This document shows, piece by piece, positions 49,475 through 59,042 of a DNA stretch of 64,000 bases. The stretch spans positions 30,213-94,212 of the forward strand of contig CALFXG010000043.1 of assembly GCA_937957765.1 (NCBI GenBank). Reading direction: 5' to 3'. A program made the position numbers and the translations under genes. Under the pieces are notes generated by a model, which was not told where the DNA came from, searched no databases, and saw only the letters and a program-made list of their open reading frames with translations. Source of the stretch: an uncultured Clostridia bacterium (GTDB lineage: Bacteria; Bacillota; Clostridia; Oscillospirales; Oscillospiraceae). Position 1 is the first letter of the stretch. Each line of letters starts with the position of its first letter.

Positions 49475-50049
49475 GTATACGGCTGATTTCAACGGAGCAG
49501 CTTCGCCGTATGGGAGGTCAGGAGGGACTTGTCCTTCAAGGCTGCGGCGGCGACCCACAGGAGTGGCTGGATGGCATCAATGAGATTCTTGCCCAGGAGT
49601 GCATTCTCAAAAAGGGCGCTAGCTTCGAAGAAGCCTATACCTTCCGGCATGACGGGCTGACCTGTATGCTGTTCCCCTTCAAAGAGGATACTGAACTGGA
49701 TGTGGGAAAGCTTGCCGCATGGCGGCTGGCATCCTATTCCACCTTCGGCGGAACATGGTTGTCTGACTATGTACCGAACCGACTGGGCGGTTTTATTCAG
49801 GAGCAGAAAACCGCTCCCGAGCGCATCAAGCCAGACTGCCCGCTCATAGGTGAGGACGGGAACATATTCCGTATTATGGGAATTGCCTCAGAGACACTCC
49901 GGGAGAATGGAATGCAGGAACAGGCTGAGGAAATGCGCAGCAGAATTTTTCAATGCCAGAGCTATGATTCCACCCTGAGCATTATTGGGGATTATGTGAA
50001 TATCACAGCCAAAGAGCAGGCTGAAGAACTGTCCATGGAAATGAATTAA
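49471..50049 (+). CDS. hypothetical protein (193 aa), GTG start overlapping upstream stop (GTGA)
   Basis: In-frame GTG at 49471 with ggagga 9 nt upstream; the track ORF 49345..50049 with an earlier start overlaps the DUF4314 gene and was not used. Confidence 0.45.
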   Translation: MSIRLISTEQLRRMGGQEGLVLQGCGGDPQEWLDGINEILAQECILKKGASFEEAYTFRHDGLTCMLFPFKEDTELDVGKLAAWRLASYSTFGGTWLSDYVPNRLGGFIQEQKTAPERIKPDCPLIGEDGNIFRIMGIASETLRENGMQEQAEEMRSRIFQCQSYDSTLSIIGDYVNITAKEQAEELSMEMN

Positions 50050-50107
50050 GGCCGTTATGGAATCCGAGAGGAAACCATAACGGCTTTTTTGCGTTCTGCG
50101 GAAGATC

Positions 50108-50419
50108 TCAGTCCCACATGTGCCTTCTCAGGTAGGATTCCGTATCATAGTCATATCGGAAGCGAACTCCGGGGATTGACTCGCCGCGGAGAATGGCAGT
50201 GTATGCCTTTTGGTGGATTTCATTAAGCTCCCGGTCACCGACAAAAAGGTTGTCAGAGATCATCAGGGCAAAGGCAGCGTCCGGGTATTTGGCTTCCAGT
50301 TCGGGAATGCTTTCAGGCGCGGCATGGCGCAGGGCGCTGATGCCGGGAATGCGGCGGAAAAATGCTTCCTGTCGCTGCAGAAGCTCCTGCATTGTGTGAG
50401 AAATGGCTGTAGTACCCAT
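50108..50419 (-). CDS. hypothetical protein (103 aa), only minus-strand gene in the ICE segment
   Basis: Clean ORF; minus-strand ATG preceded by gagag; no family recognised. Confidence 0.4.
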   Translation of the reverse strand: MGTTAISHTMQELLQRQEAFFRRIPGISALRHAAPESIPELEAKYPDAAFALMISDNLFVGDRELNEIHQKAYTAILRGESIPGVRFRYDYDTESYLRRHMWD

Positions 50420-50746
50420 CGTAAGTCTCTCCTTTTGCTGTGCGCACTGGTTGAGATGATACCATGAAATAAGTGAAAGGACAAGACTTGACTTTTCCTA
50501 AAACCGTGCTATCAAAGTTCGATGCTTCAAAACCATGAAGGGGGTGATGAATCTGAAAGACCGACGCAAATTGAAGGACAGGTGCCCTGAATACAGGAAG
50601 AAAACCAAACCCAACGGCCGATACAGCAGCTTGACCGCAGGCACTGTACCGGCCGTTTCTATTATGAATGGAGCGTGAGATAACCTATCAGAACACCTAT
50701 AACCCGCATTGGAAATAAGACAAACCTGCTGCCGATCATCCTGTCC

Positions 50747-51679
50747 GTGTTCCCCAGGGAATTCGGACGCTATATTGAAATCTTCGGCGGCAGCGGGGCT
50801 GTGCTGCTGGGGAAGGAACCCAGCAAATTTGAGGTTTACAACGACATTGAGGGGGAACTGGTGAATTTCTTCCGGATAGTGAAGAACCGTCCGGCAGAGC
50901 TGCTATTGGAGTTGGATCTGCTGCCCCTGAATTCAAGGGAGGAGTTTGCCAGCTGGCTCCACTTCCACGACGGCGGAAATGAACCCAACATCCATTTGCC
51001 GGATCAGCTGGAGATCATCGACAGAACGACACCAGCCTCTCTGACGGAAGAAGCAGAGAAGCTGAAAACATCCCTCCGGAAGCGCTCGGACTATCGGGAT
51101 GTCCGGCAGGCGGCTGCTTACCTGATGCGTGTGCGCAACAGCTACTCCAGCTCCGGACGGAGCTTCGCCTGTCAGCCATTCAGCGTGCGCACCCTGTTTA
51201 CGCAGATTTGGGAAATGTCCCGGCGGTTGGAAAACGTCATTATCGAGCAGCAGAGCTTTGAGGTGCTTATCCCTCACTACGACCGGGAGGACAGTTTCTT
51301 CTACGGCGACCCGCCATATTATGACAGCGAATATGTCTATGACGCGGAGTTTGGCTGGGATCACCATGTGCTGCTCCGGGACACGCTGGCAAAATGCAAG
51401 GGCAAGTGGCTGGTTTCCCAGGTGGACTGCCAGGAAATCCGGTATCTGTTCAGGGACTATCAGATCCTGGACTTCAAGCGTATTCACCCCATGGTGCAGA
51501 AGTACGCCCCCGGCAAGCAGTTTGGGGAGCTGCTCATCGGAAACTACGATCTTCTGGAACGGGAGCGGGAGGTTCCCCTACAGATGTCCCTGAATGAACT
51601 GCTGGGAGAGACCATCCCGGTAGAACAAATTTTGAAGGAGCGAATTATACCATGCAAAAACCGAACAACGAATTTGTAG
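50747..51679 (+). CDS. D12-class N6-adenine DNA methyltransferase (Dam-like), 5' end anomalous
   Basis: Motifs GNKTNLLPII (from 50711), FGGSGAV, DPPYY. The conserved N-terminal motif lies upstream of the only in-frame start (GTG 50747), and an in-frame TAA at 50681 leaves no ATG/GTG/TTG before it. Confidence 0.6.
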   Translation: MFPREFGRYIEIFGGSGAVLLGKEPSKFEVYNDIEGELVNFFRIVKNRPAELLLELDLLPLNSREEFASWLHFHDGGNEPNIHLPDQLEIIDRTTPASLTEEAEKLKTSLRKRSDYRDVRQAAAYLMRVRNSYSSSGRSFACQPFSVRTLFTQIWEMSRRLENVIIEQQSFEVLIPHYDREDSFFYGDPPYYDSEYVYDAEFGWDHHVLLRDTLAKCKGKWLVSQVDCQEIRYLFRDYQILDFKRIHPMVQKYAPGKQFGELLIGNYDLLEREREVPLQMSLNELLGETIPVEQILKERIIPCKNRTTNL

Positions 51680-51858
51680 AAACCGTCCTTATGGCCATTC
51701 CGGCGGACATGCTGGAGGAAGTGGGGATTGGACCCTGTTCCACTGTCCAGATGCATGTATCCCGGGGACGTATCATCATTCAGGCAGTGGACGAAGAGGC
51801 ATGCGGCGGCAGCCGGTACTGTCCCTGTGACTGCTGCTGTGAGGGGTGCCGGGAATGA
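51652..51858 (+). CDS. AbrB/MazE/SpoVT-type swapped-hairpin domain protein with C-terminal Cys cluster
   Basis: VETVLMAIPADMLEEVGIGPCSTVQMHVSRGRIIIQAV then CGGSRYCPCDCCCEGC; overlaps the Dam 3' end. Confidence 0.5.
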   Translation: MQKPNNEFVETVLMAIPADMLEEVGIGPCSTVQMHVSRGRIIIQAVDEEACGGSRYCPCDCCCEGCRE

Positions 51859-52154
51859 AAATTTTCCGGATCATCGGCAGGGAAGGCAGGATCACCATTC
51901 CCTGGGCAATCCGGCAGAAGGTTGGCTTTCGGCCGGATGATGTGGTGTCCTTCCAGCTCGTGGAGGATGACAGTGTGCTGGTGCGGCGGGAGAGTACCTG
52001 CGGGAAAGAGAAGAACCCCGGCGCTGGACGGGATGCTGCCATTACGGCATTTCTGGACAGTCTGGATGAAAAGCAGCGTTACAGCGCGCTGGTGCATCTT
52101 TCCGTCCTCTGGGCGCAGAGCCATGATAACCCTAAGAGGGGGGAGATTGAATGA
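51855..52154 (+). CDS. AbrB/MazE/SpoVT-type DNA-binding protein
   Basis: MKIFRIIGREGRITIPWAIRQKVGFRPDDVVSFQLVED; ATGA overlap with the upstream gene. Confidence 0.55.
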   Translation: MKIFRIIGREGRITIPWAIRQKVGFRPDDVVSFQLVEDDSVLVRRESTCGKEKNPGAGRDAAITAFLDSLDEKQRYSALVHLSVLWAQSHDNPKRGEIE

Positions 52155-52516
52155 ACCAATATCGGGTCGTGTATGTGGAGCCGGGAAAGCCTGCTGTGGA
52201 GAAGAAGATCGGCACGAAGCTGGAAGACCTGCAGGCGGAAGTTGGCGGGCTGATCGAATGCATTTATTGCCACCGTGACGGAACCCTCATTGTAGCAAAC
52301 GATGAAGCTAAGCTGCTGGGTATGGAGGGCAACCGCCGGTTGGACGGCGGTTCCGTCATTGCGGGGCCATTTTTCGTCATTGGCGACGCGGGGGAGAACT
52401 TCCGCTCGCTGACAGATGCGGAGGTCAATCGGTATCTGCAAGTGTACGCGGAACCTCAGCAGATTTCTCAGCGGGAAGTTCGGGCGGACATGGGTATGAC
52501 ATTCTACTGTTTTTGA
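52151..52516 (+). CDS. DUF3846-like protein (ICE-associated)
   Basis: 121 aa; N-terminus YRVVYVEPGKPAVEKKIGTKLEDLQAEVGGLIE resembles DUF3846 proteins of Firmicutes conjugative elements. Confidence 0.4.
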   Translation: MNQYRVVYVEPGKPAVEKKIGTKLEDLQAEVGGLIECIYCHRDGTLIVANDEAKLLGMEGNRRLDGGSVIAGPFFVIGDAGENFRSLTDAEVNRYLQVYAEPQQISQREVRADMGMTFYCF

Positions 52517-52524
52517 GGTGCGAC

Positions 52525-52953
52525 ATGAAGATCAAAGCAAAAATCGACCGGATGGTGAATTCCGGCAATGTGAAGGCGATTGCCTCCGTCTCCCTGGATG
52601 GGATGTTTGTGGTCAAGAACCTGAAAATCATGGACGGAAAGAAGGGCCTGTTTGTCTCCATGCCCCAGGAAACTTATTCCGGGAAGGACGGGCAGAAGAA
52701 GTACAGCAATCTGTTTTTCGCCCTGACCAACTCGGCGAAGCTGGAGCTGCAGGAGACGGTTCTGCAGGCATACCAGCAGCAGATCGACCCCAACTACACA
52801 CCAAAGCGGAGCTATGAGGAACGGGGAATTTTACAGGAAGTCCAGCACCAGCGGGAGTATTACCCGCAGCCTCCGTATCCCGAACCTCAGTACCCGGACT
52901 GGGTGAATGATTGTGACAACGGGATGCTTCCCATGGAGATGGGTGGAATGTAG
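52525..52953 (+). CDS. SpoVG-family protein (mobile-element paralogue)
   Basis: VKAIASVSLDGMFVVKNLKIMDGKKGLFVSMPQ matches the SpoVG core; Q/P/Y-rich C-terminal extension. Confidence 0.55.
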   Translation: MKIKAKIDRMVNSGNVKAIASVSLDGMFVVKNLKIMDGKKGLFVSMPQETYSGKDGQKKYSNLFFALTNSAKLELQETVLQAYQQQIDPNYTPKRSYEERGILQEVQHQREYYPQPPYPEPQYPDWVNDCDNGMLPMEMGGM

Positions 52954-53015
52954 CCAGACGTTGGTAACTTGCCTCTGCGAAAGCAGGGGCTATTTTTTAT
53001 GGAAAGGAAGACCCA

Positions 53016-55229
53016 ATGATAGTAGACCTGAAACGCTGTCTCTCAATTCTCCTCGCAGTGATGCTTCTCGTCGGCATCATCCCTACTGCCTACGCTGTGG
53101 AATCGGGCGCAGATAGTACCCAGCCCGAGAAGACAGTCTCCGAGGGGACACAACCAACCGATAGTATTGACCCCACAGAACCCACGGAGCCGACAGAACC
53201 GCCGGATATTCCGGATACGCAGGACGATTATGCGGTAATGTCTGTCGGCAGTACCCAGAAAAGCATCCTGCTGTTTGACTACGCGGACAATGGCAACTAT
53301 ACGACCGTCCTGAAGTCGCAGGTTTCCTGCGAGTACAAACCCAATGGCACCGGCGCTGCCCGGACAGCCTATATCAAAAACCTGGGCTGGCATTTCGCTC
53401 GGTATGGCGGTGTTGCCTATCCGGACGAACCGCTGTACTGCATTGAACCATGGCGCAGCTACGGCGCCAGTACCTCCGGAAACTCCGTTGACCGGGGTGT
53501 GACTCTGGACGGCAGCGGCAGTACCGCGGGCAGCAATGTGTGGTACGCCATGCCGGAAGATTACCGGGAGGCCATTGGCCTGATTCTCCTGTACAGTGAC
53601 CAGATGTGGGATCACTCCGTCAGCGTGACCACCACGAAAAAGGACAGCAACCCCAATGTCCCCCTGCGGATCGCCACCCAGTTCCTTATTTACGAGATCG
53701 TCTGCGGTCTGCGTGACCCTGCCACATTCAAAAGCAATTCCGTGAATTCGTGCGGCACCTCGGGCGATATATTTTACAATGCGGGGGAAGCCAGCGTGCC
53801 GTATTTTGCGCCCAAGTATAACGCTCTGGTAGACGCGATTCATGCGGCGAAGAAGATACCCAGCTTTACCGGCGCCTCCGTCAGCAGCGCCCCCACCATT
53901 ACCCTGACAGGGGAGGAAACCTCGGTGACGGACAGCAACGGCGTCTTGTTCAACTTTTCCTTTACGGATGGGAATGGCGCGAAATTTTACAAGAGCGGGA
54001 ATACGCTGTATATCACCCAAACCGGGGATATCTCCGAGTCCACGGTATACAAGGCAGCCCAGAATCTGCCCTCCGCGTCAGACTCCACATACCGAATCTG
54101 GTATATGTCCGGCTCCAGCTACCAGACAACGGTATCTCTGGACACTGCATCCGCGGGGAGTCTCAATGCCTACTTTAAGCTGAAGGCCGCTCCACGGCCG
54201 GGAAGCATCAGCCTGACCAAAACCACCGAGGATGGGAAGAACCTCTCCGGATGGAAATTCGGTATCTATTCGGATGCCGCCTGTACGAAACTGGTATCCG
54301 GCCCTCATACCACCGATAGCGGCGGCAAGATTTCCGCTGCCGGTCTGTCGGCAGGGACTTACTACGTCAAGGAGCTGGGACATACGGACAGCACCGTCGG
54401 TGAGATGTATTACTGTTCCGGTGCAAATCCGCAGAAGGTGACGGTAACGGCTGGCGCGGCGGCGACAGTCAGCTTTACAAACAAACGGAATACCGGCGGC
54501 GTAAAGATCATAAAGACTATGCCGGACGGCGGCAGCACCGCTGGCTGGAAGTTTGAAGTCTATGACAGCAATCATAAGCTGGTGGGGAGTTATACCACCG
54601 CATCTGACGGAACCATTCTGACGGATTACCTCCTCCCCGGAACCTACACAGTCAAGGAGATCATCCCGGAGGACAGCCCCTACACCTGTGACGCGCCCAA
54701 TCCCCAAACCGTAACGATCTCGGCAGGCCAGACGGCGGAGGTGACCTTCACCAATCGCATGAAGCCCGGAGAGATCCGGATTCAGAAGACGGATACCCAC
54801 GGCGAGCCGCTTGCCGGGGCAGAGTTTCTGCTGGAATGGTCAAAGGACGGCCGGCAGTGGCAGACGGTGACCTATACGGATTCTCCGGATGTCACGGAGG
54901 GAACCTGCACTGCGGAAGGACTTACGGACGGAAAGCTCACCAGCGGAGCGGACGGTGAGGTGCGGTTCACCGGCTTGTACTCCGGCAGCCTCTACCGTGT
55001 GACGGAAGTCAAGGCACCGAAGGGGTATCAGCTCCTGACGGAACCTGTCTATGAGGGGAGCATCCGGAAGGATGACGGAAATTTTACCCGGCTGACCGTG
55101 GTGAATGCTCCCGTATTTGAGCTGCCCATGACCGGCTCTACAGGCTATACCGCCATGACTGCCATACAGGTCGGAACCGGCATCGTTCTGCTGTTCATAC
55201 TGATCCGGCTGGCAAAGGAGCGGAAATAG
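53016..55229 (+). CDS. LPxTG-anchored pilus tip adhesin-like protein with Cna-B/SpaA-type isopeptide domains
   Basis: Signal peptide; repeated prealbumin-like domains (GSISLTKTTEDGKNLSGWKF...YYVKE); C-terminal LPMTG, TM helix and basic tail. Confidence 0.65.
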   Translation: MIVDLKRCLSILLAVMLLVGIIPTAYAVESGADSTQPEKTVSEGTQPTDSIDPTEPTEPTEPPDIPDTQDDYAVMSVGSTQKSILLFDYADNGNYTTVLKSQVSCEYKPNGTGAARTAYIKNLGWHFARYGGVAYPDEPLYCIEPWRSYGASTSGNSVDRGVTLDGSGSTAGSNVWYAMPEDYREAIGLILLYSDQMWDHSVSVTTTKKDSNPNVPLRIATQFLIYEIVCGLRDPATFKSNSVNSCGTSGDIFYNAGEASVPYFAPKYNALVDAIHAAKKIPSFTGASVSSAPTITLTGEETSVTDSNGVLFNFSFTDGNGAKFYKSGNTLYITQTGDISESTVYKAAQNLPSASDSTYRIWYMSGSSYQTTVSLDTASAGSLNAYFKLKAAPRPGSISLTKTTEDGKNLSGWKFGIYSDAACTKLVSGPHTTDSGGKISAAGLSAGTYYVKELGHTDSTVGEMYYCSGANPQKVTVTAGAAATVSFTNKRNTGGVKIIKTMPDGGSTAGWKFEVYDSNHKLVGSYTTASDGTILTDYLLPGTYTVKEIIPEDSPYTCDAPNPQTVTISAGQTAEVTFTNRMKPGEIRIQKTDTHGEPLAGAEFLLEWSKDGRQWQTVTYTDSPDVTEGTCTAEGLTDGKLTSGADGEVRFTGLYSGSLYRVTEVKAPKGYQLLTEPVYEGSIRKDDGNFTRLTVVNAPVFELPMTGSTGYTAMTAIQVGTGIVLLFILIRLAKERK

Positions 55230-55323
55230 CTCCATGAATCCGCCCTACAGAGCAAGGGACAGGCCGCTGCCTGTGGATATGCCATGGCAAAAATTTACTT
55301 ATATTATGAAAGGAAATGCTTCT

Positions 55324-57196
55324 TATGAAAAAGTTTACCAAAATGATCGCCCTGATTCTCTCCCTGACGCTGCTACTCTGCTTCCCCATCGGCGTTTCAG
55401 CCGCTGAGACGGAAGATACCGGCGCCGATACCGCCGCCAAAGGCTCCCTGACCATCTACAAGGTAGATCTGACCAACGCCGAGAAGGACGGCGCGTGGGA
55501 TTCCAGCTACGTGTCTACCGGCGTCTATGACCAGAACGTGAATGATACCCTCAACAGCTATGCCCTGAAGGATGTGGAGTTTACCTATCTTCGGGTCGCG
55601 GATGTTGTTCAGCTTACGGGGCCTGTGGCGGACGGCGGGGACCCTGACCATGTGGAAACCCTCTACGGCATCAGCAAGACTGCGGGGGTAGACCTCCTGA
55701 ACGCCCTGGGGCTGGGAAACGGCGCTAACCGTTATGAGAAGGCGGATGGTTCTGACCAGCTGGACGATTCCAAATACTACTACCAGTCCGATGTCCTTAT
55801 TTCTGCCCTGAGTACCGCGCTGAAAGCCAATGCCACCACTGTGAAGAACGCTCTGGAAGCCTACGTCACTGAGAGCGGCACTGCCATGCCCCTGACAGAT
55901 ACTTACGGCAAGACCAGAGCTGAAGATCTGGAGCTGGGACTGTATCTTGTGGTGGAAACCAGAGTGCCGGAAATGGTTACCAGTACCTGCAATCCCTTCT
56001 TCATCTGCCTGCCCATGACGTCCAGCGGCGGCAGCTGGATTTATGATGTGACTGTGTACCCCAAGAATCTGACCGGTAATCCGACGCTGGACAAGACCCT
56101 GCGGGAGAGCAAAGACGATACCGGCAAGCATAACGGCACCAACGACATCACCGACGGCTATGCCCACACCGGTACGGCCTCTGACGGCGATGTGGTGGAT
56201 TACCAGATCGTCAGCACCCTGCCCAGCATCACCTCCGCATCTACCTATCTGACCTGCTACACTTTCGCCGATACCCTGAGCAGGGGCATCACCTACAACA
56301 AACACGATGTGGTGCTGGAATTCTTTACGGATGCGGCCTGCACCGATCCCGTTGCCAGATGGGCGGAAACGGACGGAAAGTTCACCGTCACCTACAGTAC
56401 CACGGATACCGGCGAGTCCGGAATGACCATTGAGATGACAGCGGACGGCCTGAAGGAAATGAACACGGCGGTGTATTCCGACGCATCCATGGTCAACTCC
56501 GGCTATTCGGATTGCACCCTGCGGATCACCTATGCCGCGACCGTGAACAGCAGCGCCGATGTGGTCTACGGCGACAACGGCAACCCCAACGAGGTGGTGC
56601 TGACTTGGAAACGCACCTCCCAGAATTCCTATGATACCCTGAAGGATGACGCCAGGGTCTTCACCTATGGTCTGGAACTGACGAAGCTGTTCTCCGACGG
56701 CAAGGGGGATTTCTCCAAGGTACAGTTCATCATGCAGAATAAGACTGACGGCTATTATGTGAAGGCCAGACTGGATGAAGCCACCGGCGTTTACTACGTC
56801 ACAGATCATGTCGCGGACAAGAAGGACGCTACCCGGCTTGTTCCGACTGTCAAAGATGGAAAAGGTAAGATTCTCATAAAGGGTTTGGAGGACGACGAAT
56901 ATACCGTCACCGAAATCAAGACGGCGGACGGCTATACCCTGTTGAAAAAGGGAATTTCTGTGGTAATTTCCCGGAAGGACGCATCCACCTCTGCCACCGT
57001 GGATGGGAAACAGGCCGCGATGCTGGCGGACAATGGAAGCGCCAATGCTCTTGTGCCTCTCAGCGTAGTGAACACCAGCGGCTTTGATCTCCCGGCCACC
57101 GGCGACCGGGGTGTGTGGATGTATGGTCTGGCCGGTATTCTGCTCATGACCGCCTCCGCTGCCTGCATCATCATTGCCCGGAAGAGATTCAAGTAA
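55324..57196 (+). CDS. LPxTG pilin backbone subunit (SpaA-like)
   Basis: Signal peptide; pilin-type isopeptide domains; C-terminal LPATG, TM helix and ARKRFK tail. Confidence 0.65.
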
Positions 57197-57253
57197 CCGG
57201 AAGAAATTCAAGTAAATTGTACCTGCCCCGGAAAACCCTTCCGGGGCAGTGTC

Positions 57254-58171
57254 ATGTCGGGGAGGAAGAACGTGAAGCGGGGATATTTGCAGATACTTCT
57301 GGCGGCTGTGCTGTTTCTGCTGGCATTGGGGCTGACGCTGTATCCCGTTGTCAGCAACTGGTATATCGGGCGGCACCAATCCCGGATACAGACCGAATAC
57401 CGGGAAGTGCTGGAACAGACAGACACCGCCAAGTTGGACAGCATCCGGGAAAAAGCAGTGGCGTACAACAGAACCATTACCCCCGGGGCTGCGGAGGAAG
57501 CCTACTCTCAGGCATCCATTCGTGCAGCATCTGAAGATTATGTTAACCAACTGAATGTAAGCGGAAGCGGAATAATGGGGTATGTGGAAATACCGAAAAT
57601 CGGCGTGGACCTTCCCATCTACCATGGAACAGGCGCGGATTCTCTGGACAGAGGAACGGGACACCTGCTGGGTTCCTCTTTGCCGGTGGGCGGAGAAAGT
57701 ACTCATACCATCATCACCGGCCACAGCGGCATGGCTTCCCAGAAGATGTTCACGGATCTGGAGCAGCTGCGGGAGGGGGATATTTTCTATCTGCATGTTC
57801 TGGATGAAACCCTTGCCTATGAGGTAAGGGAAATTCATACGGTTCTGCCCCATGATACCACCTATCTGGGAATTGAACCCGGTGAGGATTTGTGTACGCT
57901 GGTGACCTGTACGCCCACCGGCGTAAATACCCACCGCCTGCTGGTACAGGGAAGCCGCATCCCGTATGTCCCGGCGGATGAAACAGAGGCTTCTGCTGTT
58001 CCGCATGAGGAAAATACGGATTCCAACTGGGAGAAACAGTATTGGCTTGGTGTTCGTCTGGGGCTGGCGGCGATGGTTTTCCTGACGCTGGTGGTAGGCG
58101 CGGTGCTGTATATCCGGAGAAACAGAGGAAGGGCAGTCCATAGGAAAGGAGGGCGCTATGTCAGAAAGTAA
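57254..58171 (+). CDS. class C (pilus-specific) sortase
   Basis: TLVTCTP catalytic motif; N- and C-terminal TM helices; likely true start is GTG 57275 after gggaggaag. Confidence 0.75.
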   Translation: MSGRKNVKRGYLQILLAAVLFLLALGLTLYPVVSNWYIGRHQSRIQTEYREVLEQTDTAKLDSIREKAVAYNRTITPGAAEEAYSQASIRAASEDYVNQLNVSGSGIMGYVEIPKIGVDLPIYHGTGADSLDRGTGHLLGSSLPVGGESTHTIITGHSGMASQKMFTDLEQLREGDIFYLHVLDETLAYEVREIHTVLPHDTTYLGIEPGEDLCTLVTCTPTGVNTHRLLVQGSRIPYVPADETEASAVPHEENTDSNWEKQYWLGVRLGLAAMVFLTLVVGAVLYIRRNRGRAVHRKGGRYVRK

Positions 58172-58928
58172 GGGAAAAATCCCTTTTGTGATTTTGGCAG
58201 TTCTGCTTCTGCTGTTTGGCGGCGGGACGATGCTTTATCCAGCTCTCAACGGATTATGGGTTGAGCAAACCATGCACAGGGATTCAGAGGACTTCCTGCT
58301 TCTGCTGGAGGAAGCCGCGGAGAGAACAGCGGAGGAGAATTCCCATGTCATTCCGGAGGAGCCGGAGAGCGAGAAATCCAATGTGCCGGAACAGTACTCC
58401 CAACTCTGGCTGGATATGAAAGCCTACAACGAAGCCATCTTCCGGGAGGGGCAGAAAGGGCTGTCCGACCCTTCTGCTTATGAAGACGCCTGTTTCTGGC
58501 TTTCCGACTATGGTCTGGACAGCGAGGTGTTTGGCGTTCTCTCCATTCCAAAGCTGGATTTACAAATGCCAATCTATATGGGTGCTGCAAAAGAAAATAT
58601 GGCAGCCGGTGCGGCGGTCATGGGGCAGACCAGTCTGCCCATAGGCGGCAGCGATACCAACTGTGTCCTTGCCGGACATCGGGGATGGAACGGCGCGGCA
58701 TATTTTCTGTACATCAACCAGCTGGAACCGGGAGATACCGTCACCGTTACCAATCTCTGGGAAACCCTGAACTATCAGGTCAAGGAGACCAGGATCATTG
58801 ATCCCAATGATGTGGAAGCCATTCTCATCCAGCCGGGACATGAATTATTAACCCTGCTCACCTGCCATCCGCCTGCTTCCGGAGGAAAGCAGCGGTATCT
58901 GGTGTTTTGTGAAAGAACCTATCTGTAA
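58158..58928 (+). CDS. sortase family transpeptidase (second sortase of pilus operon)
   Basis: LLTLLTCHP active-site motif; N-terminal TM helix. Confidence 0.7.
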   Translation: MSESKGKIPFVILAVLLLLFGGGTMLYPALNGLWVEQTMHRDSEDFLLLLEEAAERTAEENSHVIPEEPESEKSNVPEQYSQLWLDMKAYNEAIFREGQKGLSDPSAYEDACFWLSDYGLDSEVFGVLSIPKLDLQMPIYMGAAKENMAAGAAVMGQTSLPIGGSDTNCVLAGHRGWNGAAYFLYINQLEPGDTVTVTNLWETLNYQVKETRIIDPNDVEAILIQPGHELLTLLTCHPPASGGKQRYLVFCERTYL

Positions 58929-59042
58929 ATTTATGACATAAGGGTCTTCGCGTCTGTTCGTTACCGAGCAGAAACCTTAAATACTGGTTTATGGTTGTAA
59001 CAAATTGGGGTGAAGCGCCCTGCGCTTCGAAATGGAGGTTTC

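Noticed and set aside
49345-50049. Track ORF with ATG at 49345 (234 aa) as the start of the third ICE cargo gene
   Set aside because: Its first 42 codons overlap the DUF4314 gene out of frame and read as Arg/Gly-rich low-complexity sequence. The GTG at 49471 with ggagga upstream and a GTGA stop-start overlap gives a cleaner coupled gene.
53043-58141. Minus-strand ORFs 53043..54020, 54078..54800 and 55397..58141 inside the pilus operon
   Set aside because: They are antisense to LPxTG proteins and sortases that have clear signal peptides, sorting motifs and TLxTC active sites.
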